From the NCBI GenBank assembly GCA_964502635.1, contig CAZCXI010000003.1, positions 1 through 53,991 on the forward strand: 53,991 bases of DNA, in the 5' to 3' direction. A model generated the notes under the pieces. The model searched no databases, had not been told where the DNA came from, and was given only the letters and a program-made list of their open reading frames with translations. Positions 8,298 to 18,591 of the stretch are shown here, in pieces. Position 1 is the first letter of the stretch. Every line of letters begins with the position of its first letter. Origin of the DNA: an uncultured Desulfobacterales bacterium. GTDB lineage: Bacteria > Desulfobacterota > Desulfobacteria > Desulfobacterales > C00003060. Made by a program: the position numbers and the translations under genes.

Positions 8298-8677
8298 AAC
8301 GTCAACATGGGCTATAAATAATACATAAGGGCTAAAAACACACATGTAAATCATATATTCTCCACAGCCTCATGGGCAAGAGGCCCTCAAAACTACGGTT
8401 TCAAGCCCTGCGCGGCGTGCCCAGGCGATGATGTTACCGGACTTGCTGAACTTGCTCTGACGCTCTAATTTCCCGTGGACGTACCTTTGACGTTGCCGTG
8501 CCCGGGATGGCACCTCGCCTTGACACACCATTGTGTTTCTCATATGTTCACGGCACCAAAAACCAGGCTCAGGTGAGAATAGGTTCACCTTGAGTTCTTG
8601 TCTCAATGGGGGCTAATCGCTCTCCATGGGCTTTTGCAATCCGGCCGGTCATGGCTGGGCCGTGAAAGGAGCAAAAT

Positions 8678-9673
8678 ATGGTGGCTGACGAACAGGAGCT
8701 CGCTTCACTTGCTCTTGTCATACTGATGCCTGTCTATAATGATTGGGATGCGGCCGGCCTGGTGATAGAGCAGATCGACTCTGCACTGGCCGGCTGTCAC
8801 GTTCGTCCCGTCGTCCTTCTGGTCGACGATGGGTCGCCCAATCCCACGCCTGCCAACCTGGTCAAGAAATGGCTTCATCAGGTGGATGCCATTGACGTAC
8901 TGAGACTGAGAAGGAATCTGGGCCATCAGAGGGCGATCGCCATAGGCTTGACGTATATCTTTGAGAAGGTGCCGTGCGACGCTGTTCTGGTGATGGATGC
9001 CGACGGGCAAGATCGTCCGGAAGATGTCCCCCGACTGATCACGGAGTTTTCCGGCACTGGTGGGGAGCGTTTCATTTTTGCCGAGAGAACAAAGAGGTTG
9101 GAAACCCCTCTGTTCAAGTTCTGTTACTGGTGTTATCGGATCTTACACAGAGCGCTGACAGGGTTTGGAATTCGGGTCGGCAACTTCAGCGTGATTCCGT
9201 TCCAGGGCCTCTCTGCACTGGTGGTATCTCCCGAGTTATGGAATCATTATGCAGCCGCGGTCTTCAAGCTCCGCCTGCCGCTTCGCACGGTGGCAACGTC
9301 TCGGGGGGCACGTCTTTCCGGGGAATCAACGATGAACTTTGTATCCCTTGTTATACACGGATTGAGCGCCATATCCGTGTTTGGGGAGGTCGTGGGAACG
9401 CGCACGCTTGTTGCTGCGGGCGGCTTCAGCATTTTGCTGGTCGGGATCCTCTTTGCGGTTGTGGCCATACGTTTTTTTACCAACCTCGCCATCCCGGGTT
9501 GGGCTACATACAGCGGTGGTCTCCTCGTCTTACTCTTTGTGCTGATTCTGGCCACGACATCCAGTTTTCTGTTCTTTGTCCTGAACAATCGAAATACGGC
9601 ATCCTTTATCCCCCTGCGCGACTACTCCCTCTACGTGCAGGATGTTAAGAGGGCATATGGCACCGATGCTTGA
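8678..9673 (+). CDS. Glycosyltransferase family 2 (GtrB/ArnC-like, two C-terminal TM helices)
   Basis: ILMPVYND, VDDGS, RNLGHQRAIAIGL, VMDADGQDRPED and IPGWAT. Confidence 0.9.
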   Translation: MVADEQELASLALVILMPVYNDWDAAGLVIEQIDSALAGCHVRPVVLLVDDGSPNPTPANLVKKWLHQVDAIDVLRLRRNLGHQRAIAIGLTYIFEKVPCDAVLVMDADGQDRPEDVPRLITEFSGTGGERFIFAERTKRLETPLFKFCYWCYRILHRALTGFGIRVGNFSVIPFQGLSALVVSPELWNHYAAAVFKLRLPLRTVATSRGARLSGESTMNFVSLVIHGLSAISVFGEVVGTRTLVAAGGFSILLVGILFAVVAIRFFTNLAIPGWATYSGGLLVLLFVLILATTSSFLFFVLNNRNTASFIPLRDYSLYVQDVKRAYGTDA

Positions 9674-10031
9674 TCTCTCTATCCTGTCCACCCGTCTGGC
9701 CTCCCAAAATGCTCAATGTCGCTCGCAAACAGGCTTTGGACTGCGTCCGAATAATGCAAAGTATTCCTGGGACACGACAATAGCTTGCCCCTGGGGAAGT
9801 TGCTTGTATTGCATACAAGTGGCACTTGTTTTCACAGAGTAGGACCTCATTTACCCAATGTTCTCCGTCTTGTCTCTCCTCAGATTTGGTTTAACTCTAT
9901 AAAAATAAAGGAAAATATGAGAACAGATCAACTTGGCATGATGTTTTCATATAGATCTTGAAGAACTTGAACAGGCTCACCCCTGCTTGTGGCATGGGTT
10001 GAAGAGCAAAGTCTATTCGGGAGGGGAAAAC

Positions 10032-10211
10032 ATGGCGTCAAGACCGCGAGACAACGGAGGCAGGCGTTCTGGAATTGATCGCCGGCAATTCTCATACAGT
10101 AGCCACATTCCCGAAAGGCGAAACACTGTGGAAAGGAGAACCGGAGCAGATCGGAGAGATGGTCTGGATCAGAGAAGCGGACTGGACCGAAGAGCCACCT
10201 TTCATCTTTAA
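10032..10211 (+). CDS. Small protein with tandem (D/E)RRxGx repeats
   Basis: RBS GAGGGG and ATG 10032; MASRPRDNGGRRSGIDRRQFSYSSHIPERRNTVERRTGADRRDGLDQRSGLDRRATFHL. Confidence 0.7.
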   Translation: MASRPRDNGGRRSGIDRRQFSYSSHIPERRNTVERRTGADRRDGLDQRSGLDRRATFHL

Positions 10212-10410
10212 ACTCAAACTACCCATGAACGACACCCCAGCGTAACGATTCTTTCCCCTTAGTCAGCTGAAAAGAGAAACCTTTTTCCAAAATATATCAC
10301 CTCCATTTCCTCAATATAGCACTCTTATTTCTCATCTCTCTCGGCTTTCAAGCCACGTAACAGAATATAACCTTTTGAAGACACACGAAATAAATCACAA
10401 AAGGCGGGCT

Positions 10411-10426
10411 TGGCACCAGAGTTGCT
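10411..10426 (+). promoter_or_regulatory. Sigma-54 (-24/-12) promoter
   Basis: TGGCAC-CAGAG-TTGCT matches the consensus TGGCAC-N5-TTGC, about 75 nt before ORF 10502. Confidence 0.75.
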
Positions 10427-10501
10427 CTTTCTTGTTGCAGGCGATGAAGGGAGACGGGGTTGAAATAGAGCCAATGGGGGAATCATTTAGGGAGTAGGGC
10501 A

Positions 10502-10780
10502 GTGAGATTCTGTTTTGCGTCAGCTCTCATTTTGTGTTTGATCTTTTGGCCCGCGTCAGCGGACCTCAGCGATTTCGAGCCGATTGTCAGTTATGTGTTG
10601 CCTGCGGATATTATGCGGGTTGAGTTCGCTGATGAAACGTGGGTCTATCGATTGTACGAAGATGGAAGGGTTAAGAAGATTATCAGCAAGGATGGATACG
10701 CTTCTGGACAGGATGGCAAACCCCTGGCGCAGACCTGGTCTATGTCAGATCGGAAGCGTATCGGTCTGTTATTTGCATAA
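10502..10780 (+). CDS. Small exported hypothetical protein
   Basis: Signal peptide ending PASA, purine-rich RBS region, downstream of a sigma-54 promoter. Confidence 0.6.
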   Translation: MRFCFASALILCLIFWPASADLSDFEPIVSYVLPADIMRVEFADETWVYRLYEDGRVKKIISKDGYASGQDGKPLAQTWSMSDRKRIGLLFA

Positions 10781-10827
10781 GAGGGCCTTGGCTTGACATC
10801 CCCTCCTTTCAATTGTAGCTTTTCCCT

Positions 10828-11355
10828 GTGCCTGTGAACAAATCTCTCACGAGACCATCCATGATGAGTTTTCTTGGAAAAGCCTGTCGGGTTTGGATTA
10901 TTGCCTGCTTTTTCTTGGCGGCGTGCCATTCATCTGAACCTTCTTTGCCTTTTGGTGCTCATGTCCAGGATCTGGAACTCGTGAAGGTGATCACTGGAGA
11001 CCGAGCCGTAGAAGCCATCAACCAACTTCACGGGATGCCTATCGATATGGTGAGGGGCTTTATAGCCTATTATCAAGGCAATAGCGGCGACAAAGCGACC
11101 CTGTGGGTATCTGAAGCTTCCTCTGAGGAACTTGCCGGGAAGCAGATTGAAGTCATGATTCATAAGATGAAACATAGTGCAAGGTCGCCCTTCAGGCATT
11201 ATCGTGAATTGGACGTCCAGGGCCTCCGGGTCATAGCATTTGATGGCATGGGGCAGGTCCACCGTGTCTTTAGAAAAAAGAGATGGGTCTATTGGATCAG
11301 TGCGGGTGCAGGAGCCATAGATAAGATTGTAGAGCATATTCGCAGCCACGGGTAA
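10828..11355 (+). CDS. Hypothetical lipoprotein (start probably ATG near 10861)
   Basis: Lipobox LAAC, followed by a globular-looking domain (INQLHG, ATLWVSEA, GMGQVH). Confidence 0.7.
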   Translation: MPVNKSLTRPSMMSFLGKACRVWIIACFFLAACHSSEPSLPFGAHVQDLELVKVITGDRAVEAINQLHGMPIDMVRGFIAYYQGNSGDKATLWVSEASSEELAGKQIEVMIHKMKHSARSPFRHYRELDVQGLRVIAFDGMGQVHRVFRKKRWVYWISAGAGAIDKIVEHIRSHG

Positions 11356-11397
11356 ACAACGGCCTGGGTTGCCAAAACAACGAGATAGGAGGAGTTT

Positions 11398-12336
11398 ATG
11401 GGGGCGCTGAGAGTGCTTGTCACCGGAGGAGCAGGATTTCTTGGCAGCCACCTGTGTGACAGATTGGTTGCACAGGGGGCGGAGGTGCTCTGTCTGGACA
11501 ATTTTTTTACCGGATCAAAGAGAAATATCTTGCACCTGATGGATCACAAGAATTTTGAGGTAATCCGTCACGACCTTGTACAGCCCATGTTCCTGGAGGT
11601 TGATCAGATTTATAATTTGGCGTGTCCGGCCTCCCCTGTCCATTATCAGTACAATCCCGTGAAGACGGTCAAGACCAGTGTCATGGGAGCGATCAACATG
11701 TTAGGCCTTGCCAAGCGGGTGAAGGCCCGTATTCTGCAGGCTTCGACCTCGGAAGTTTACGGGAACCCTCAACAACATCCCCAGACGGAGAGTTACTGGG
11801 GGTACGTCAATCCCATCGGACTGCGGAGTTGTTATGACGAGGGGAAGCGGGTGGCTGAGACGCTGATGATGGACTATTATCGCCAAAATCAAGTGGATGT
11901 CAGGATAGTGCGTATTTTCAACACATACGGTCCGAGAATGGCGGTTTCAGACGGGAGGGTGGTGAGCAATTTCATCGTCCAAGCCCTCAGAAACGATCCG
12001 ATTACGATCTATGGCGATGGCAGCCAGACCCGCTCCTTTTGTTATGTTTCAGATATGATTGACGGGTGCATGAAGATGATGCAGCGTGAAGATTTTGTCG
12101 GCCCGGTCAACCTTGGCAACCCACATGAGTTTTCCATCAAGAGTCTTGCCGAGCTTGTGCTCAAGGTCACCGGGTCTCAGTCAGAGATCGTATACAAGCC
12201 GCTTCCAGAAGATGATCCTGTTCAACGACAGCCAGACATTGCTTTGGCAAAGCAAAAACTCAACTGGGAACCGCAGGTCCATCTGACGGAGGGGTTGGAA
12301 AAGACCATCGATTATTTCAGGCAGATTGTGGCATAG
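11398..12336 (+). CDS. uxs: UDP-glucuronate decarboxylase (UDP-xylose synthase), SDR family
   Basis: [47 protein letters not shown] and [10 protein letters not shown]; RBS AGGAG. Confidence 0.93.
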   Translation: MGALRVLVTGGAGFLGSHLCDRLVAQGAEVLCLDNFFTGSKRNILHLMDHKNFEVIRHDLVQPMFLEVDQIYNLACPASPVHYQYNPVKTVKTSVMGAINMLGLAKRVKARILQASTSEVYGNPQQHPQTESYWGYVNPIGLRSCYDEGKRVAETLMMDYYRQNQVDVRIVRIFNTYGPRMAVSDGRVVSNFIVQALRNDPITIYGDGSQTRSFCYVSDMIDGCMKMMQREDFVGPVNLGNPHEFSIKSLAELVLKVTGSQSEIVYKPLPEDDPVQRQPDIALAKQKLNWEPQVHLTEGLEKTIDYFRQIVA

Positions 12337-12367
12337 TGTCCGTCTGCAAACCCAGCATGGGCAAAAG

Positions 12368-13429
12368 CTAGGTGTAAATGATACTGTACGGAAGAGGGGT
12401 CTTGTCCCATACGCCTGCCTTGGGTAAAATGCTCTGATTGACGACGGTCATCCAGAAATATTCAGAGTTCAATTCTCTTAGCTTGCCATCCTCCGGGAAT
12501 CTGGCGTGGCTGGTCCGTTCGTAAGTCGTCTGAAAGACCACAATGCCTTCGCCTTCTTCTTCCGCGACGACATAGTTTTTCTTCACCGTCCTGGCTTGCA
12601 GGTTGTGCATCTGGGCAATGTTTTGTATGTCGTTGTCCGTCAGTTTCATGAGTATGTATTTTGAAACGCCCCTTTCCGAGATACGGTACAGGCCCCTTGA
12701 CTCGCAACTTGCTACATATATGGTTGATATGCATGGGACGCGTCTTAGAAACTGCGCCCCAACTACGGAGGCGGTACGGCGTCCGCCTGATGCCGCGGGC
12801 AAGCCATAATACTCAAAAAACTTTTTTTGAATCTCCTCTGCGTAAACTTCTCCCTTCTCATATAGCTCCTTGGATATATATCTCAAATCGCGGGCCATGT
12901 CCTCTGCGGCATCGGCAATGGGCCAGTCAATGCGCACACGGAAATGAGACAGGCTGTATCTATTTCTTGCCTTGATCGTGGGGTCCCGTTGGATGAGAAG
13001 GGCATAGTCAACCGGGAGCAAGCCCTTGAGAAAATCTGAGAACCTGGAAGATTCAAAGAGCTTCGTGTTTCTGGAGTATTTCTTCGAAAACCGGACGGTT
13101 CCAGAACGCATCAAGTTCTCTTTGGTCGTCTTATTGTCATCAAAGAATCGTATGTACTTCTTATAGGCACCGGGAATCACATCTTCAAGAAAGATCACAA
13201 GGAATCGGTTGTGACATTCGTACTCCACATCAGGAATGCGTGCCCTTGGCTTCAGCTCCCTTTTTTCCACGAAAGGATAGGGGAGATGTTGGTCCACAAA
13301 GTGGTGATAAGAATCCACCAACCCGTAGTCTATAAGATATTGGTCCAGTTCGTCCCTGAGGCTTTCATAGACCGACCGTCTCAGTTTGTCTTGGCGGCTC
13401 AACTGTTCACGGAAGTTCCAGTAGGTCAC
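12368..13429 (-). CDS. Hypothetical cytoplasmic protein, 353 aa
   Basis: Long ORF with RBS AAGGAG before GTG; no motif recognised. Confidence 0.75.
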   Translation of the reverse strand: MTYWNFREQLSRQDKLRRSVYESLRDELDQYLIDYGLVDSYHHFVDQHLPYPFVEKRELKPRARIPDVEYECHNRFLVIFLEDVIPGAYKKYIRFFDDNKTTKENLMRSGTVRFSKKYSRNTKLFESSRFSDFLKGLLPVDYALLIQRDPTIKARNRYSLSHFRVRIDWPIADAAEDMARDLRYISKELYEKGEVYAEEIQKKFFEYYGLPAASGGRRTASVVGAQFLRRVPCISTIYVASCESRGLYRISERGVSKYILMKLTDNDIQNIAQMHNLQARTVKKNYVVAEEEGEGIVVFQTTYERTSHARFPEDGKLRELNSEYFWMTVVNQSILPKAGVWDKTPLPYSIIYT

Positions 13430-13625
13430 GGCCTGTCTCCTTCACTGTTAGGTGGTAGGCTATTGTAGTTTGTCTACTCATAACGCACTCTTAGGGCTCA
13501 CGCAAGAATAAGTTCGCAGATTTGGCGCTCAGATTTGCTTCAGATTTGGCCGAGCCGACAGAGCAAAATCGGAGGAATAGTGAGCTATTTCGATGGGTTT
13601 GGGAATCAGGCATCGGGTTCGTGCT

Positions 13626-14339
13626 TTATGATTTGGCGTTGTTGGCAGGGTTTACTCGATCAAGCCATGCGTATATCCGGCCTCGCAAACAATAGGCAGG
13701 AATTAGAAAAGCAAGGGAGATAGCCGTCAGGAGGATCAATGTTGGGTAATCTTTATGAAAAACCTGGGCGCCTTGTAGGCTTAACATAAGGGTGCCGGGC
13801 ATGCGACCGACAGCCGCCATGAGTATGAAGACCCTGGCAGAGAGATTCGTCAGTCCAAGGAAAAAACAAAGGTAGTCTTTAGGAAATCCCGGGACAACAA
13901 AAAACAAAAAGAATACAATCACACCCTGACGTTTCGCCAGAGAGTCAAACCTCCTCAGGTAAGGGGCCGGGACCCACTTTTTCACATAGCGTCTTCCCAG
14001 AATCCGGCCCAGGATGAAGTTGATCAGCGAACCTGCCGTCAGCCCGATGGAAGAGTAGACAAACCCGGGCAACGCGCCAAAAACATAGCCCCCCACAAAG
14101 CCACTAGCCTCTCCCGGGAAAGGGGCAAAGATCACCTGCAGAATCTGAATGCCTATGAAGGCCAGTGGCGCTCCTATCGGGCCCCAGCCTCGCAGGAAAG
14201 TCCTGACTTTTTCAGGATCCTTGACCAGGCCGTACCACACGGTGACCCTTTGGGCCAGGGCTGTCCAGTTCAGGAATACGACCAGGATGAAAAACCCTGC
14301 GCCGCCGAGGAATATGGCGATCTTAGCGGGGCGACTCAT
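13626..14339 (-). CDS. TVP38/TMEM64 (DedA/VTT domain) membrane protein
   Basis: FIGIQILQVIFAPFPGE, GYVFG, FVVPGFPKDYLCFFLGLT and GRMPG. Confidence 0.9.
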   Translation of the reverse strand: MSRPAKIAIFLGGAGFFILVVFLNWTALAQRVTVWYGLVKDPEKVRTFLRGWGPIGAPLAFIGIQILQVIFAPFPGEASGFVGGYVFGALPGFVYSSIGLTAGSLINFILGRILGRRYVKKWVPAPYLRRFDSLAKRQGVIVFFLFFVVPGFPKDYLCFFLGLTNLSARVFILMAAVGRMPGTLMLSLQGAQVFHKDYPTLILLTAISLAFLIPAYCLRGRIYAWLDRVNPANNAKS

Positions 14340-15975
14340 ATCGGAGGGCTTCAGGGAGGCCTTGGTGGGGGATGGTCAACTCCAGGCGATACCGTGATTT
14401 CAAGTTATAGTTGAAGGGGATGGCCGATCTCAGATTCTTGTTATAAAAGAGATTCCAGTGAGTATTGAGCTGGAGCATGGGCCAGGCAATACGGTTTCCT
14501 TCCAAGACATGGACAAAGGCCCCCCCTGCGTCGCTCAACCTTGAAAACAACGTGTCTTCGTCAAATTGCAGTTTCTTTGCGATTTCGGCGCTGTCCCCCC
14601 CGGAAGAAATGGTGTAGGCGCCTTTCTGTCGAGCCTTCATGATCGCCTTGAGGATTAAGCGTTCCGGCCCTTCAAAACCAGGCTCTTCGCACTTTCCCAC
14701 CGGTCCTTTCTTATAGATGGTCTTAGCCTTCAAGAGGTACGACACGAAGCGCTTGGTGGTCTTTTCCCCGATACTCCAAACGTGGAACTGATCCTTTTTG
14801 GGGTGGTTGTGAATCTCACTGGCAGTCAGATTCACTATGTCTGAGTCGTACTTTACCAGGAAGTCCACGGGCGCAATCAGCTTTTTTCGTCCCTCCGGAC
14901 GCCTGTAAAGCCCTTCGAAAAACCTGCCAAGGGCCTTGCTCACGTTTTTTTCCAGAAATCTTTCCGTGGTCCTGCCGAAGTTGTACCATTCACCCGGCCG
15001 GATCTCCTTGCTCAGAAAGGCAATGATCCCTGGAGTCCCCCCCAGCAAGACGTAGGGGACCTTCTCAGAAAGAATGGAGTTCTTAATGAGCCCCAGATAG
15101 TCTCCCACTTTTAATCCCCCAAAAACCGGCACAAAGGGGTATTCGATAATATGAAGGACCTGTCTGTTTTCCATCATTTCGATCTCGGTCTTCCGCCCCA
15201 CCAGGTTCAGGACATTCGTAAACCCGATCATGGAGGCATGCTTGCGGTGAGACGTGTTAAAGGCGTCGTTTACATAAAAATCGATCAACGGCTCTAAGAT
15301 GGAAACAAACCGGGCCCCTTCGTTGACCTCGTGGGGCCTCAACCCCGGCTTGTCCCTAATGAAGACCTCCTCTACCAGAAAACGGACATTGTTTAGAACC
15401 AGGATTTCGCCATCCTTCAGTGACCTGATCCGCTTGGCGACAACTTCTTTCTGAGTCAGGTTGCCCAGATACCTGACCGTTTTCTTGGGCTGCCAAGGGC
15501 GGTTTATCAACTTCCTGATCACTCGGGCATGCTGGTCGAGTTCGATAAAATTGCGTTTGCCGGCACGCCCCTGATGACCCATGACAACCACGCGCGCTCC
15601 GTAACCAGAGAGCTCTTCCAGGGTGGGAATAGCGCTACGAATCCTCTCAACGCCGGAGATACGACCGTTGCTGTCGACGGGAACGTCGATCCCGACTCGC
15701 ACAAGTACGGTTTTGCCGCCAAAGGCCTTACGGCCGAAAATTCGCTTGTGGTTGGTGTTATACTCCACGGCCGTTGCATTCCTGAGTCCGCTATTCCACA
15801 TGACGCGATAGATGATATCATCAATGGTCAAGAAGTTCAGATAGGCATTGACGTTGTCGGAGGGAGGCAAGCTCTGATCTGACTTCAGATCTCTATCAGG
15901 GTTGTGATGATGGCGTATGACATCTTCGATGGCCACGAAGGGGCCTCCTTTCGATGCAGCTTGAGGCTGTCTCAA
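14323..15975 (-). CDS. pgk: Divergent phosphoglycerate kinase family protein with N- and C-terminal extensions
   Basis: GKTVLVRV, HQGRAG, GEILVLNNVRF, YVNDAFNTSHRKHASM, GGLKVGD, GPVG..E and GGDS; several catalytic motifs are altered. Confidence 0.75.
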   Translation of the reverse strand: MRQPQAASKGGPFVAIEDVIRHHHNPDRDLKSDQSLPPSDNVNAYLNFLTIDDIIYRVMWNSGLRNATAVEYNTNHKRIFGRKAFGGKTVLVRVGIDVPVDSNGRISGVERIRSAIPTLEELSGYGARVVVMGHQGRAGKRNFIELDQHARVIRKLINRPWQPKKTVRYLGNLTQKEVVAKRIRSLKDGEILVLNNVRFLVEEVFIRDKPGLRPHEVNEGARFVSILEPLIDFYVNDAFNTSHRKHASMIGFTNVLNLVGRKTEIEMMENRQVLHIIEYPFVPVFGGLKVGDYLGLIKNSILSEKVPYVLLGGTPGIIAFLSKEIRPGEWYNFGRTTERFLEKNVSKALGRFFEGLYRRPEGRKKLIAPVDFLVKYDSDIVNLTASEIHNHPKKDQFHVWSIGEKTTKRFVSYLLKAKTIYKKGPVGKCEEPGFEGPERLILKAIMKARQKGAYTISSGGDSAEIAKKLQFDEDTLFSRLSDAGGAFVHVLEGNRIAWPMLQLNTHWNLFYNKNLRSAIPFNYNLKSRYRLELTIPHQGLPEALRYESPR

Positions 15976-16035
15976 TTTGCAAAGCAGCCTCGACTCCGGT
16001 CAGCGAGCACGGATAACGCTCTTGTCCATTTATTT

Positions 16036-17430
16036 CTATGATGAGCCTTGCGTCCAGGTGGCATCCGGATGTACCTCGCCTTCTGCGGCTGGAAGCTCAT
16101 ATTTCCTGAGTTTGGTCCTGAGTGTTTTGCGATCAATCCCGAGCAATTGAGCAGCTCGGGATTTGTTTCCATTTTCGCTGGCCAGCACCTTCATAATATG
16201 CTGTCGTTCCATTTCCTCCAGGCGGATCGGTTCTGTGGTCACCATTGGGGAACAGACGGTATTGGAGTAAACGAGATCCTGGGAGGTAATGGTTTTGTCC
16301 CGGGCAAATACGATCAACCGTTCTATGGTATTTTCCAGTTCACGAACATTTCCAGGCCAGCTGTATTGTGTGAGTGTTTCCATCGCATTAGGAGAAAAAC
16401 CCCGCACGGCCTTTCCTTGTTTGTGGCTGAACAGTTTCAAAAAGTGATTCACCAGCAGCGGGATATCCTCCTTGCGGTTTCTCAAAGGGGGCAAGTGGAT
16501 GGAGATCACATTAAGCCGGAAAAAGAGATCCTCCCGAAAGTGTCCCTTGGCCATGGCCTCTTGAGGGTCCCGGTTTGTGGCCGATATGAGACGAACATCG
16601 ACTTTGACTACTTTGTGATCCCCTACCTTGGAGATGCTCTTGTCCTCCACTGCCTTGAGGAGCTTCGCTTGAATTTCCAGGTCAATGTTGGATATTTCAT
16701 CGAAGAACAAGGTGCCTCCGTGGGCCATCTCGAACTTGCCGTGCCGGGTTGCATTTGCGCCTGTAAAGGCCCCTCTAACATGGCCGAAAAGCTCACTTTC
16801 AAAAAGCGTTTTCACCAAGGAGCCGCAATCGATGGAGATGAAGGGATGTTCGCGCCGCTTGCTCGTCTCATGGATTTTCCGGGCTACAAGACCCTTGCCC
16901 GTCCCACTTTCACCCTGTAGCAATACGGTGCTGTCTGTGGGGGCTACCATGGCGACCATCTCCTTGACCTTTGCCATGGCAGGGCCTTCACCGATCATTT
17001 CCGTGTGCCTGGGTTGCTGCTGGAGATCTTGCTTGAGACACAAATTCTCGATGGTGAGACGACGGTTCCTGAGCACCCGGTTGACCATTTTAAGCAGCTC
17101 ATCCGGTGTGAAGGGTTTGGCAATAAAGTCAAAGGCCCCGAGCTTGATGGCCTGAACAGCCGTCTCAATGGAGCCGTATCCTGAGATCATCACGACGATC
17201 GCCTCTGGATCGAGGTCCTGGATCTTGGCCAGGACAAAGAGCCCGTCTTCGCCTGGCATCTTCAAATCGAGCAGGATAAGATCAAATGACCAGTCTTCCA
17301 GCAGGGCGAGCCCCTCGCGACCACTTTTTGCCATGGTAACGCTGTGCCCATGTTTGGTAAGCGCCTGGTGGCAGGCGTCCCTCATAAAAGCGTCGTCGTC
17401 AATCACCAGGATGTTGTAACTGGCCTCCAT
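16036..17430 (-). CDS. NtrC-family sigma-54 response regulator
   Basis: Receiver domain (VIDDD, LLDLKMP, FIAKPF), GESGTGKG, GAFTGA, WPGNVRELEN and a Fis-type HTH. Confidence 0.95.
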   Translation of the reverse strand: MEASYNILVIDDDAFMRDACHQALTKHGHSVTMAKSGREGLALLEDWSFDLILLDLKMPGEDGLFVLAKIQDLDPEAIVVMISGYGSIETAVQAIKLGAFDFIAKPFTPDELLKMVNRVLRNRRLTIENLCLKQDLQQQPRHTEMIGEGPAMAKVKEMVAMVAPTDSTVLLQGESGTGKGLVARKIHETSKRREHPFISIDCGSLVKTLFESELFGHVRGAFTGANATRHGKFEMAHGGTLFFDEISNIDLEIQAKLLKAVEDKSISKVGDHKVVKVDVRLISATNRDPQEAMAKGHFREDLFFRLNVISIHLPPLRNRKEDIPLLVNHFLKLFSHKQGKAVRGFSPNAMETLTQYSWPGNVRELENTIERLIVFARDKTITSQDLVYSNTVCSPMVTTEPIRLEEMERQHIMKVLASENGNKSRAAQLLGIDRKTLRTKLRKYELPAAEGEVHPDATWTQGSS

Positions 17431-17519
17431 CAGTTTGAGATGCTCCGGTTAGAAGTATTCGGGATGTAAGACTTTTCTTGCTTTCAGATCATGCCTCTGT
17501 GCCACACCTTGCGCGAGGC

Positions 17520-18347
17520 CTAAAGGGTCACAGCCTGCTCAGCCCGCGGGGCCAAATCCATCTCGGCCGCAGGCAAACGGATTGTGAACGTGGACCCTTG
17601 TCCCTTTGAACTTTCCACCGTCATGGTTCCCCCGTGTCGCTGAACAATACCGTGGCAGATGGAAAGGCCCAGGCCTGTTCCCTTGTCCTTTTTCTTGGTG
17701 GTGAAAAAGGGTTCGAAGATCCTTCCTAAGTGCTCATCGGTTATACCGCAACCCGTGTCCAAACATTCAATCCGAACCTGGTTCACGTCAGAAGCAAGCT
17801 CGGTGCGCAACGTCAGAGTGCCCCTTCCGTCCATGGATTGTGCTGCGTTGATGATGAGATTCACAAAGACCTGTTCGAGTTGGTTTTCATCCCCTGCAAC
17901 CACAGGCAGGGCCGGGTCAAGATCAGTCTGAATGGTGATGTTTCTCAGAAGGACATGATCCTCCAAAAAACCTATTACATTCCGCAATATCCGGTTGATC
18001 TGGACCGACTTCGGGTGAGGGGTTTCTTCATGGGCAAAATCGAGCAGGCCTTGCACAATGATTTTGCACCGATGCGCCAACTTATTGATCTTGACAATTT
18101 TTTCCCGATGCTGATCATCCTCAGCCAGATCCTCTAAGAGGAGATGACTGTACATCAGGATGCCGCCAAGGGGGGTATTCAGTTCGTGGGCAATCTCGCT
18201 GGCTACCCTGACCGTAGCCTTCAGGCGTTCAGCAGAAAGCAGACTGTCCTGTCTTTTTGAAGGTGCCGGCCCCTGGCCGGCAAGGTTTCTTGATCTTTTC
18301 TTGGACACCATAATGTACGACAGCCGGTCTGCCCGAAAGGTGCTCAC
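17520..18347 (-). CDS. Histidine kinase (HisKA + HATPase) with no sensor domain; start may be ATG 18311
   Basis: H-box IAHELNTPL, N-box QVFVNLIINAAQ, DTGCGI, IFEPFFTTK and GTGLGL. Confidence 0.9.
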   Translation of the reverse strand: MSTFRADRLSYIMVSKKRSRNLAGQGPAPSKRQDSLLSAERLKATVRVASEIAHELNTPLGGILMYSHLLLEDLAEDDQHREKIVKINKLAHRCKIIVQGLLDFAHEETPHPKSVQINRILRNVIGFLEDHVLLRNITIQTDLDPALPVVAGDENQLEQVFVNLIINAAQSMDGRGTLTLRTELASDVNQVRIECLDTGCGITDEHLGRIFEPFFTTKKKDKGTGLGLSICHGIVQRHGGTMTVESSKGQGSTFTIRLPAAEMDLAPRAEQAVTL

Positions 18348-18380
18348 GGTTCAGACGGTGGCAACAATCTTCTTATTATT

Positions 18381-18591
18381 GATGGTTTCGTAAAAAGTCT
18401 CTTGTGAGCGAAATTGAGCATTTTGGGGATAAAGCGCTTGAGGTGTTCAGCGTTAAGAAATGCTAACTGTTTGAGGGTGTTAGCCCGAGTTGAGCGCAGA
18501 GCTTCACCGCGTGTTAGCATTTTAGCTGAGCACCTCAGGGGCACCCAAAATGTTCACGGAGCGAGCACAATCGACTTTTTACGAAACCATC
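18381..18591. mobile_element. Family B MITE, long form (211 bp)
   Basis: Perfect 19-bp TIR GATGGTTTCGTAAAAAGTC/GACTTTTTACGAAACCATC, 6-bp TSD ATTATT, and nested internal inverted repeats. Confidence 0.9.

Noticed and set aside
9934-9949. Sigma-54 promoter TGGCATGATGTTTTCA
   Set aside because: The -12 GC is missing.
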